A DNA stretch of 64,000 bases from positions 139,748,001-139,812,000 of the forward strand of contig OX597814.1 of NCBI GenBank assembly GCA_951406725.2, written 5' to 3'. The stretch is from Octopus vulgaris (lineage: Eukaryota). Shown here in pieces: positions 1-10,692 of the stretch (position 1 is its first letter; each line of letters starts with the position of its first letter). Position numbers and translations under genes: made by a program. The notes under the pieces were generated by a model. The model was not told the origin of the DNA, did no database searches, and was given only the letters and a program-made list of their open reading frames with translations.

Positions 1-110
1 GGATGCCATTCTCAACACCAACCACTCTAAGAGTGTAGTGGGTGCCATTTACATGACTCAGCAATGGCGATAACTACAATATCATTTGACTTAACTGGCA
101 ATGGTCACAG
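1..110 (-). mobile_element. Fragment of RTE LINE 3' UTR, cut by window edge
   Basis: GGATGCC..AACCACTCT..GAGTGTAGTGGGTGC matches the 3' UTR of the RTE copy at 10825-10870. Confidence 0.7.
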
Positions 111-142
111 CACAGCATATTGCAAATTGTCTTGCCCTTCAC

Positions 143-184
<42 letters not shown>

Positions 185-221
185 GATACACACACACACA
201 CACACGCACATATGCATATAT

Positions 222-715
222 GGGTACAGGACGTCACCAACAGTAAACAACATGAAATACGAAAACAAATGAGTTCAATACATAAACAAAAGGAAGACAG
301 GACAAGTAACACAAAGAACGACCCTTCATCAGTTGTTAGCTGTCTATCTACTCCTCATTTTGAGCATTGAACAACAATATGAGTCTTCGAAGGCAGTTGC
401 TCCCATAAGTACCGAAATAAAATTTGGGATTTATGGAGGGTCAAAATTGGGAACAAAAACAGGACAGTAGAGACATACAAGGAAACCGAACAAAAACAAA
501 CATGGAGGGTCGTTAGACCAGAACGAGGGTAAAGTAGTGAAGGTTGAAGAAATATTTTCTTTGACAAGAGAAAAGACAGAAGAGAGAGATAGGATAAGTC
601 CAGTCCTTAGGACAGTCCTGAAAGAAAAGAAAGATAATCTCGTGAGGAAAAGAAAGATGGACGATGGTCATGTGTGAGCAATGAGAGAGAGAAAAGGAGA
701 AAGAGGGATATCTAT
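222..715 (-). mobile_element. Probable Penelope-like terminal repeat carrying a hammerhead-like motif
   Basis: Non-coding block between (TA)n tracts; minus strand has CTGATGAAGGGT, a core context typical of Penelope-type hammerheads; no ORF support. Confidence 0.4.
317..384 (-). ncRNA. Candidate non-circularly permuted hammerhead ribozyme; G12 mutated in this copy
   Basis: Minus strand: CTCA-TA-TTGTTG-ttcaat-GCTC-AAAA-TGAG-15 nt-TAACAA-CTGATGA-A-GGGT; stems I, II and III can all pair. Confidence 0.5.
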
Positions 716-912
716 ATCTATCTATCTATATATATATATAATCTTGGAGGATGCAGAGAGCAATGGGAGCATGGTACTGCTAACCTGCGATGACCCCCAG
801 CTCCACCATGAGTATAAAGCAGCAGCAGCAGCAAGCATGTGTGTGTGTTTGATAATGTGGATAGTTATGTGTGTGTGTTTAATGTGATATAGATTATTTG
901 TACCTTTAGCTA

Positions 913-2203
913 TCAGGTCATCCCATAAGTTCTATCTGATTTTATCTTTTTTAAAATTGAATGAAATTTAATAGTATTTTAGAATGTCTAATGGAATTTA
1001 AAATTATTTTTATATGCATTTGTGTACAGTTAAACTAATGAAATATTATTTTACAGAATAATAGAATTAAAATTTCTTTGATTAAAACCCTTTCTAACAT
1101 GGAAGTATCCAAAGAGCATTTAAGGCACATAATGTTTTATGAGTACAAAAAAGGAAACTCTGCAGCCAAAGCTACTTGAAACATACACTCAGTTTATGGG
1201 GGAAAATGCTTGAATGAAAGAACTTGCAGAAGATGGTTTGTAAAATTCAGAAGTGGAGATTTCAGCCTTGAAGATGAAGATCGAACAGGATGTCCAGTTG
1301 AGTATGACGATAAGCTCCTTGAGGTGTTACTTGAAGAAAATCCTGGATTATTAGTTGAAGAATTGGCAGTAATGCTTAGTTCAAACCATACAACTGTTCA
1401 TCGTCATCTTCAACAACTTCGAAAGGTTTCCTAAACTTGGAAAATGGGTGCCTCGTGAATTCTCCAAAAGCAACTGCAAATCTCGAATTGACATCTGCTC
1501 TTTTCTCCATTCTCGTGAACTCATTTCACCCTTTTTGGATAGACTTGTGATTGGTGACGAAAAATGGATCTTCTATTGAAACGTTAAATGTTGTAAACAG
1601 TGGCTTGGTAAAAGGGAAAAAACTCAATCACAACCGAGAAGGGAACTTTATGGGAAAAAGGTTCTTCTCTCTATCTGGTAGGATTGCAAAGGAGTAATTC
1701 ACTTTGAATTGTTACCACCTAATACAACAATCAATGCTCAAGTCTACTGTCAGCAATTTAGAGCATTTGAACCAAGCTTTGAAGAAAAAAGCCCCGCTTT
1801 AGTGAATCAAAAAGGAGTGATGTTTCATCAGGACAATGCGCGACCCCACAATGCAAAGATCACATCACAGAAGATTGAAGAGATTGGTTGGGAAAAAATT
1901 CCTCCTCCACCATATTCTCCTGACTTTGCTCCTTCAGACTACCTTTTGTTTCGCAGTTTACAGAATCATTTGGGGGACATAACTTTTGCAAGCCAGAAGG
2001 AAGTCGAAACTGACATTTCAGAGTTCTTTGCTTTGAAACCAAAAGAGTTTTACATTGATGGGATTAAAAAGCTTGTAAATAGATGGAAGGAAGTCATAGA
2101 TAATCAGGGAAAGTACATTGATGATTAAATTTCTATTAAATATAACATTTGATCACTTCGTTTCTTTATTCAAAATTCGGATAGAACTTATGGGATGACC
2201 TGA
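913..2203 (+). mobile_element. Full-length mariner DNA transposon (1291 bp), inactive
   Basis: TIRs TCAGGTCATCCCATAAGTTCTATC (913) and GATAGAACTTATGGGATGACCTGA (ends 2203); TA target duplications at 911-912 and 2204-2205. Confidence 0.96.
1099..2128 (+). pseudogene. Mariner D,D34D-type transposase pseudogene
   Basis: MEVSKEHLRHIMFYEYKKG start, RRWFVKFRSGDFSLED, WVPREF, GDEKWIFY, FHQDNARPH, YSPDFAPSDYLLF; stops at 1177, about 1577 and about 1679, frameshifts near 1431 and 1757. Confidence 0.95.
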
Positions 2204-2733
2204 TATATATTAATTTATAATTATTTTCATTTGCAGAATGCCACTTTAAGACCACGATATTCGATATGATTAATAAAATCATAATTATTTATTGATGGTT
2301 TTCAAATAGTTTTATTGTTATCTTAGCATGCTAGTAGTGAAATCATTTTGTATATATTTTTTTATTAAGCTGTTGTGGAGAAAATTGCATTTATATGAAT
2401 AGTTATTTGTTTTCATTGGAGAAAAAAAATCTATTTTTCTATCATGCTTTTAAATCTGCAAGAAATATCATGCAAGAAATATCTAGTGTAAACCTGTACA
2501 TTTGTAGAATATTCACTTTATTATGACTGCTAAAACACTTGAAATTACTTGTAAATCCCAAATAAAGCTGAATAAAAATATGAAGCATATTTGAAGTACT
2601 CTGTGTCATAGTATTTGTGATTGGATACGATTGAAGTGCAGCTAAATGAACATGCTATTGATGTGCAACTAAGACATTGAAATGATGCATCTTAATGCAG
2701 TAAAACATTTTGGAAATAATTTTTATTTATGTA

Positions 2734-3086
2734 GGTGCAGGCATAGCTATGTGGTTAAGAAGCTTGCTTTACAACTATGTGATCTTGGGTATGTGCCTTT
2801 TACTATAGCCCTGGGCCAACCAAAGTTTGTGAGTGTATTTGGTGGACAGAAACTGAAAGAAGCCTGTTGTATATATGTCTAGACATCAGATGGTGGCTAT
2901 AAATGAGCAATGTTGCTCATTTCCAGTCTTACATGAAAAATCATGTCTGACCATGGGGAAATATTACCTTGCTTGGAAATGGGTGAGGGTTGGCTACAGA
3001 AAAGACATCTAGTTGGAGAAAATCTGCCTCAACAAATTCTGTTTGACCAATGTAAATATGGAAAAGTGGACATTAAATGATGATGA
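2734..3086 (+). mobile_element. SINE with type-A tRNA-like head and RTE-derived (GAT)n tail
   Basis: Head GGTGCAGGCATAGCTATGTGGTTAAGAAGC..AAACTGAAAGAAGCC; ends ATGGAAAAGTGGACATTAAATGATGATGA like the RTE terminus. Confidence 0.75.
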
Positions 3087-3299
3087 GGTTGTTAAAAAAT
3101 TTGGCTTCATAGGCTCTGAAACTAAGTGTTCAGGTATAGTTTACTTCTAGTCTTCAGCTTATAAGATTTCTGTTAGCTCATCTGACAATAGTGAAGTTTG
3201 TTGTGTCACCATGATGAAGTATTATTTAGAGTGTGTTGCTGGAGAAACTACATTTCGGTGGGAAAACACTTACACATTCAGCTCTACTTTTTGCATTGC

Positions 3300-3810
3300 T
3301 GTCAACCAGCAGCAAAAAGCTTAAAAGTACATAGCTTACTTTACTAACACATAGAATAGCTTTACAAAGGCTTCAGAAATATGTAGATAGAGTATATTCT
3401 AAAATGCATTCTAGTTTCTGCTTTAAGTAGAAACTAGAATGATATTCTCACTGCATCAGCTTCAAGAAAAGTGCCAGGAGTAGAATCAACCGTGCCTTGA
3501 TATATCTTTGTCATGATATTTTTTGTATCTTCCCTGTGCTGCTCTTGAAAATGCATTTAAATTCTCATCTGATGGTGTTTACACCTGCTCAAGATCTGAT
3601 GGCCTGCTGTTCAGTATAGCCGGAGCACAAGATAAGGAAAGCTACTGTTAGAGACCTGTTATTTCTTAATGACATGGCTGTCTTCTCAAACTCTATAGAA
3701 GGCTTTCAAAATTCCATGAACAGGTTTTTAGGCACTTGGAAGCTCTTTGATCTGAGAATTTATCTCAAGAAGCCCTAAGTCATGGGATATGGCACTCCAG
3801 CATATCCTTG
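3300..3810 (+). mobile_element. Old RTE-BovB-type LINE reverse transcriptase relic
   Basis: Broken frames read DGVYTCSRSDGLLFSIA..KIRKATVRDLLFLNDMAVFSNSIEGFQNSMNRFLGTWKLFDLRIYLKKP*VMG, matching the RTE-BovB pattern RSDGxLFN..IRDxLFADD..LMDRF..FGLxISLKKT. Confidence 0.7.
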
Positions 3811-3865
3811 TAAAAAAAAAAAGATTTTTTTTTTTAACACAAAATGGTGATTATATGCAATATAG

Positions 3866-4056
3866 TCCTTTCTACTATTGGTACAGGGCCTGAAATTTTG
3901 GGGGAGTGGGTAACCGATTACACTGATTTTAGTGCTCAACTGGTATTTTTTTTATTAATCCCAAAAGGATGAAAGGCAAAGATGACCTCAGCAAGATTTT
4001 AAACTCAGAATATAAAGACAAGAGAAATGCCACTAAACATTTTGTCCAGCATGCTG
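3866..4056 (-). mobile_element. SINE type B, degenerate
   Basis: AAAGGATGAAAGGCAAAG core and TTCTACT..GGCCTGAAATTTTGGGG tail shared with other type-B copies. Confidence 0.75.
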
Positions 4057-5955
4057 GGATGAAAATAATTTAATATGTAAACTTTTTTTTTTCAGTTTAG
4101 AACTAGTATTCTAATTGGCTGCTTGGTGTTTTATGGAAAATATTTTTATGAAATAATTGAATTTTACAGTTTGTAATCAGAAATGAGTATTAAGGTTATT
4201 TTACAGGCTCTTATATTTCTGATCCATCACATTTATGCATATTTGATTTCTAGTGATATTTGTCCCACTATTTTTATTTAAAAGATTGCAGATGTAGACT
4301 GTATCAGAAAACTATGTAGTTATAAAACTTCTGATAAATTCTATATTTTGTTTTGTGCATGTTTTGAAAATCTGTGATAGAAAAATGAAGCTTCCTTTTA
4401 TCTCTTGATTAGACAAACAGCATGATCAACAGATTCACATTTACTTTTAGTGTTAGATTTGCTCAAATATCAATCTTTCAGTTTTTTAAATTAGAATATC
4501 TTTTCAAAGATCAAAGTATTTTTAATTCGGTAAATGTCAATGATTCAATAGAAATCCTGCCATCTGGTAAACTCTTTTAATTTATTCTTAAATGTTTATA
4601 AACTTATTGAAACCATGAATCCTTCAAAGTTGGCTCAATGAGAAATTTCAAAGTCTCCCTTCATTAATATTGCTTTCATTAACAAATTGTTCTCTACTCT
4701 AATATTTCATGTAATTACTGACCAATTAGCTGTATTTCTTTTAACGTATGCTAAATGAAAGGTTATATCTATAGAGATTTTTGTATACAATAATTCATAT
4801 TTTCCAAGAGATTCGTGATTGTTTTGAATTAAAGCTGAACTTGTTTAGTGTTTATTATTTTCAAATTTATCTTGGATTTTGAAAATGTTGATTTCATTTG
4901 AATAGTTATGATAGTCATCAAACCTCAAGTGCATTTCATATTTCCTTCCATAAAAAAAATGGAAAATTAATGTAATAATGCCAGTTATTGATCACTGTTT
5001 GAAAATAAATGTTACTAAATCTAGAGAGCTTTCTTTCTTGAAAGACAGTGAAAATATTATGAAAGCACCACAAAAATTCCTATTTTTAAGGTTGAAAGTT
5101 TTTAGTTGTAACGACATATTGATGTGATGATCAGAGCACTCCTACATTATACAAAGAAACATTATGCTAAAGTAAAACTTCTGTCTTTGAACAGAGGCAA
5201 ATTTTGGTTAAATCTGGTCCCATGTTTTTAAATATTGATACTGTATTTTTCCCATTCTGTGTATGTTAAATTCATTCCTGATACTTCAGAATGATTCTGA
5301 TTAAGATGCTGCTGTGATTCACTTTATCATCTTAGTAATGTCTCCATTGATAGTTTGTATTGGTTATTAATATATAAGCAAATGTTTTATATGTGCAAAT
5401 ACATAGCCTAGTGGTTTAAGTATTGGTTTTGCAATCATGGGGTTATGGGTTCAATATCTGACTGGGTGACACATTGTATCCTTGAGCAGTAAGGCACTTT
5501 ATTTTATGTTGCACCAGCCTACTAAACTGAAAAGAGTACTTGCTAAGAACTGGTACAGTCTTCTCTACTGCCAGCTCTCACATCTTGGATGTTCTCCTGG
5601 AACAAGAATGGGAAAGCCAAGAAGGTATTTATGTCTGCTCAAAACTACATACACATCTAAAACAATTAGTGAAAGCATGGTACATTCTACCAAGCCATAC
5701 TTGCTTCTGTGAACAATCATAGTTTAAATGCATTTTAAAATTACAAAAGACAAAAGCATAAATTTTTAATTTTAAAATATGAAACAAAAATTATGTGAAC
5801 TTTATGAATCTTCCATGTACTGTATACTTTCAGATTCAAATTTCTAATCCCACCTCATATTGTGAGGGAATGGTAATCTCCTTTTTATTAACAGTCAGAG
5901 CCAGAGGGAACCACATGTATCTTTTAGTTATCTCGAGCAGTAGTTATTTGGGGAA

Positions 5956-6134
5956 ATCATTATCATAATCATCATCAGTTAATGTCCGTTTTCCATGCTG
6001 GCATGGGTTGGACGGTTTGACTGAGGTCTGGAGAACCAGTAGCTGCATCAGGCTCCAGTCGGATCTGGCAATGTTTCTACACCTGGATGCCCTTCCTAAT
6101 GCCAACCACTCTGAGAGTGTAGTGGGTGCTTTTT
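5956..6134 (-). mobile_element. RTE LINE 3' terminal fragment
   Basis: (CAT)n then GTCCGTTTTCCATGCTGGCATGGGTTGGACGG..GGATGCCCTTCCTAATGCCAACCAC. Confidence 0.85.
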
Positions 6135-6718
6135 GTTGTTGAATCTGTTCAGCTATGAAGTACTTTCATTAACATATGGTTTAGTCTCTGTATGTATAAA
6201 TATGTTTGTATGCATATAGAATATATTAATTCACAACTGCTTTATTATAGATATTCCATATTTCCCTATTAATCCTTTGTTTGGTATGAAATTAAGCTGG
6301 CATTTCTGAACCTTCACAATCTCATTTTCAAAGTAAAACTTATAATGGCATTTAGTTTGCACATTCTATGGCAACCTGAATAATTTTATAATAGAAAAAA
6401 ATCCTCAATGCAGGATTTCAAAATTATGCATCAGTGAACCCTGGTAGATTTCATTATATCCTTCTTTTAAATTTTTCTTGTTTCAGTCATTAGACTGTGG
6501 CCATGCTGGGGCACCACCTTGTAGAACTTTTAGTTGAATAAATCAGCCTTAGTACTTTTTCTTTTTTTTTAAAACCTGGTACTTATTTTATCAATCCCAT
6601 TTGCTGAACTGCTAAGCTATGAGGATGCAAACACACCAACACTGGTTGTTAAGTGGTGGTGTGGTACAAATGCAGTCATACACATACACACACACACACA
6701 GTCATATATGTATGTATG

Positions 6719-6760
<42 letters not shown>

Positions 6761-8373
6761 TCAATGCTGACTTATTTGACATCAGATATCTTAATGTTCC
6801 TCTCTTTCTTGCACTTACTCTCTCTGTTTATGTGTGCGAACATCTTGTTTGTATGTATTTGTAATTTCTTTTTGTCTCCCTGTACATGAATATTTGTGTG
6901 TGTGTGTGCATGCACATGTACCTTCAGCTCCAAAGTCTACTGTCACCAAAACAGGAAGAATTGCCAGTCAGCCATGCCAAATTGTCAGTGTCCAAACAGC
7001 TGTGCCCAATTGTCTCATTCTGGTATTAATATATGTACACTATCTTTTTTAATTATTTGAGCTATCCCTGTAGAAAAAGGCACTTGTTTTTAACAAAGAA
7101 ACAAAAGCTTTATCACCAGGATTTAGATAACACCATTGGAATTTAATCAACTGAAATGATTTCTGTGAAAATCCAGGATTAGTGTTAATAAATATTTCCT
7201 CCTAGAAGGAGTAAGGGAGAAAACTCTTTTGATTAAATTATGCAGAGGTGCTCTTTTGATTAAATTAGGAAAAGGTGCTATGGCAACATACCAAACACAT
7301 GTTTTGGACCCTTTGGTGAGACAAGTGCATCAGGAGGGTCAACCTGGAGGTGCCACAAGACCAGCCTGTTCTGGTGACCAAATTCCACTAGTGGTAGTGG
7401 TAGAAGTGGTAGTGGTGGCGGTGGTGGTAATGTAACAGTAGTGGTGGTGGTGGTTGCAGTAGTAGAAAAGACAGTGAGAAGGCAGCATATCTATTATCTA
7501 GATACTGAGAACTGGAGTGTGTTGGGTGAGAACAACTTCATACCAATATTCATCTCAATCAAATGTGAATAGATTTAAACTAATGTTGTTATGAAAGAAT
7601 ATACATCATTACCGCTGTTAATGATAATGTAAATAGATTGCTCTTCTGCTATGCTGGAAATTGTTAATGATGTCAATGCAGGATATTAATGTTTGTTGTA
7701 CATTCTATCTATTTTATTATCAAATGAAATGTTGAAATTCCTGTTATCAACTGAAATAAGGATTTACCCCTGAGAAATAGTCTCCAAGCTAATTGAAGAT
7801 TTATTTCAATTGAATTATTGATGTTACATACAATAGCTGTACCGATCTTCAATATGATTTCAAGTACTTTGATTATTGAAATAGTGTCTCATCAATTTTG
7901 TAATATTAATTGTTTACAAAAGCTCAAAAGGCAGATGTTTTTTCCCCTTTCGGCGAAGGGAAGAATTTACTAATGGAATAACTATTATATTTTTAACAAC
8001 TCTTTTTACTTTCAAATATTTAAACATTCAAACACATTCTTTTATATCTGGGTTAAAAAAAAAAAGCAACTGGCTAACACACACTTTGCAAATACAATCA
8101 GTGAGCTGGGAACAAAAAAATATGAAAGACTTTTCTAAAATTTAACATGTAAGTTTTTATACTATCCATCCATCTTCTCCACCTACCATTCCTGGGAGGA
8201 TTATGGAAATAGAATCCTCAGATACCTCTTCTATAGAGTCCTATATAGGGTCCTATCAGGAGTGGCTATCTTTACACTTTTCAGCTAGATTTCCCAGCAT
8301 GGCTACCTGGAACTAAGGATGTTATCCAACCTTTGCATTCTTTATCTATTCTTTTATACCCTTTTTTTCCATT

Positions 8374-8737
8374 TTCTACTTGTTTCAGTCATTTGACTAC
8401 AGCCACACTGGAGCACTGCCTTGAAAGATTTTGTTCAAACAAATCGACCCCAAGACTTATTTCTTAAGCCTAGTACTTATTCTATCGGTCCCTTTTGTTG
8501 AACCGCTGATTTACGGAGACATAAACAGACCAACACCGGTTGTCAAGCAGTGATGGGAGGACAAACATGCACACACACACAATGGGTTTCTTTCAGTTTC
8601 TGTCTACCAAATCCACTCACAACGCTTTAGTTGGCCCAAGGCTGTAGTAAAGGACACTTGCCCAAGGTGCCACACAGTGAGACTGAACCCAGAACCATGT
8701 GGCTAAGAAGCAAGCTTCTTATCACACAGCCATGCCT
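8374..8737 (-). mobile_element. SINE type A, near full length
   Basis: Head, internal (CA)n and tail all align with the copy at 19845-20245. Confidence 0.88.
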
Positions 8738-9080
8738 GTTGTTTTTAAATTCCAGTGATGGAGCCTTGTATCTTTATTAGAAAATCAGCCAGTTGATTAT
8801 AGGAATTCAGTAAATTCATATATATTCCAAGGTGCATGTACATATGCATACATACACAGAACTAACTTGTCCTCTCCAAACACTTTGGTAACAACATACA
8901 TATTCATTGACTTTGACATAAAACTGATATTGGTAATGATGATGTTAATGTAACCACTTGGTGCTTGGTGACAAATTGGCTGAGTTATTAGAGCATTGGA
9001 TAGAATTTGTTTTGACTTTCTCTGCTCGAAGTTCAAATCTTGTTGAGGTCAACCTTGCTTTTCAGCCTTTCAGTTTTTAA

Positions 9081-9620
9081 CCCTTTAGCATTTAAACTGA
9101 CTATATCTGGCCCAAATATTTTACCTGTTTATGTTGAAAGTAGCCATATCTGGCCTCTCACACCTACACCAACAATGCCCTTCTTAAAGTAAGCAATCAC
9201 ATCATCAACATCTTGGGGCTATAATACATGATTAATTTTGAACAAAGTCAAACAGTTCAACCCATGCCAGCATGGACAGTGGACATTAAAAGATGCTGAT
9301 CAAATGGAAACTGTAGTTAAGATACCCATGCTGGTGACACATAAAAACACCATCCGAATGTGGCAGATGCCAGCGCTGCCTGACTGGCGTCCGTGTTGGT
9401 GACACATAAATGCACCAACCGATTGTGGCCATTTGCCAGCCCCCCCGACCCCTATTCCAGTGGCACGTAAAAAACACCCACTACACTCACAGAGTGGTTG
9501 ACGTTAACACTGCCAGATCAGACTGGAGCCTGGTGCAGCCTCCTGGCTTCCCAGACTCTGGTCGAACCGTCCAACCCATGCTAGCATGATGATGATGATG
9601 ATGATCTGAATACTAAAGAG
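9081..9620. mobile_element. piggyBac-type MITE family 1 with nested RTE 3' fragments (about 9250-9606)
   Basis: TTAA-CCCTTTAGCATT..AATACTAAAGAG-TTAA; body matches 62485-62687. Confidence 0.75.
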
Positions 9621-10692
9621 TTAAACCTGTGACAAACTGGTGTCCTATTCAAAGGCAAGTCTTGTACTTTCAGCCCTTTAAGTACCACAGAAACTCCACA
9701 CAGTGGGAATGAACCTGTAACCACTTAGTTGCATAGTGAACGTCTTAGCCATACAGCTATGCCTGTGCTTATATATTTTAGAACAGCAACCTGATGTCAA
9801 GCTTCTGTTCACCTATTTGTCACAGCTACTTGTATTACAGCAGTTTCTAGTTTTCTTCACTAACTATGCCTTTTCTACACAACACACCACATTCTATAAA
9901 CCTTCCCAGCATGCTAGTCTGACCATCTTCAAAGCAAATTGAGTAAAATTTTCTTTGATTCTAAAAATTTTCAATTGGAGTATTTGCTACTAGTGTGTTT
10001 CTTTCTAATTTTAAAGCTTATTATCACATTATTTGAAAATGACATCTTAAATAATTGGCATAAAATTGGATAAAACAAAACTATTAATAACAGCTTGCTT
10101 TAAAATATCTTAGTTGATTTTACCATTCCTTTCATCTGTTGAGTGGATATTTTCATTCGCTCAGTAGTGATTTAAGAATGTTGCAGCACCTCTTCATGCA
10201 CATTGCTGTTTTCATTGTTGTTTAGCCCCCGGGACAGTTTTACTCTATCTCAAGGATCTTTATGACCAAGGGCATTTCAACCTTGACTATCTCATCTTAT
10301 TTCCATTGTTGTATCTCTGCAATTGCTACTGCTGTTGCTGCTGCTGCTACCACCACCACCACCACCACCACCACCACATGCACGCATGCACAATGGTCTT
10401 CTTTCAGTTTCCATCTACCAAATCCATTCACAAGGCCATCCTGAAGCTATTGTAGAAGATACTTGCCCAAAGTGCCATGCAGTGGAACTGAACCCGGAAC
10501 CATGTGGTTGGGAAGCAAATAGCTGACCAAGACTTTTTCCTACCTCTTTGGTTGCAAAGAGCTTATGGGTCTCAGGTCAATGAGCCTGACAAGTCACTTA
10601 TGCCACTTTTAAGCATATATATGTTAGGAATTTAATAGTTTTCAATTAGACTATAATCTTAAAATATTCTTGTGTGATGTTAATTCTTGGTA

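Noticed and set aside
320-400. Conventional type II hammerhead using CCTTCGAAG as the GAAA strand
   Set aside because: Gives GAAG, a misregistered stem II and no stem III; the permuted reading pairs better.
7224-7279. 27-bp direct repeat CTCTTTTGATTAAATTA..AGGTG twice
   Set aside because: Simple local duplication with no further structure.
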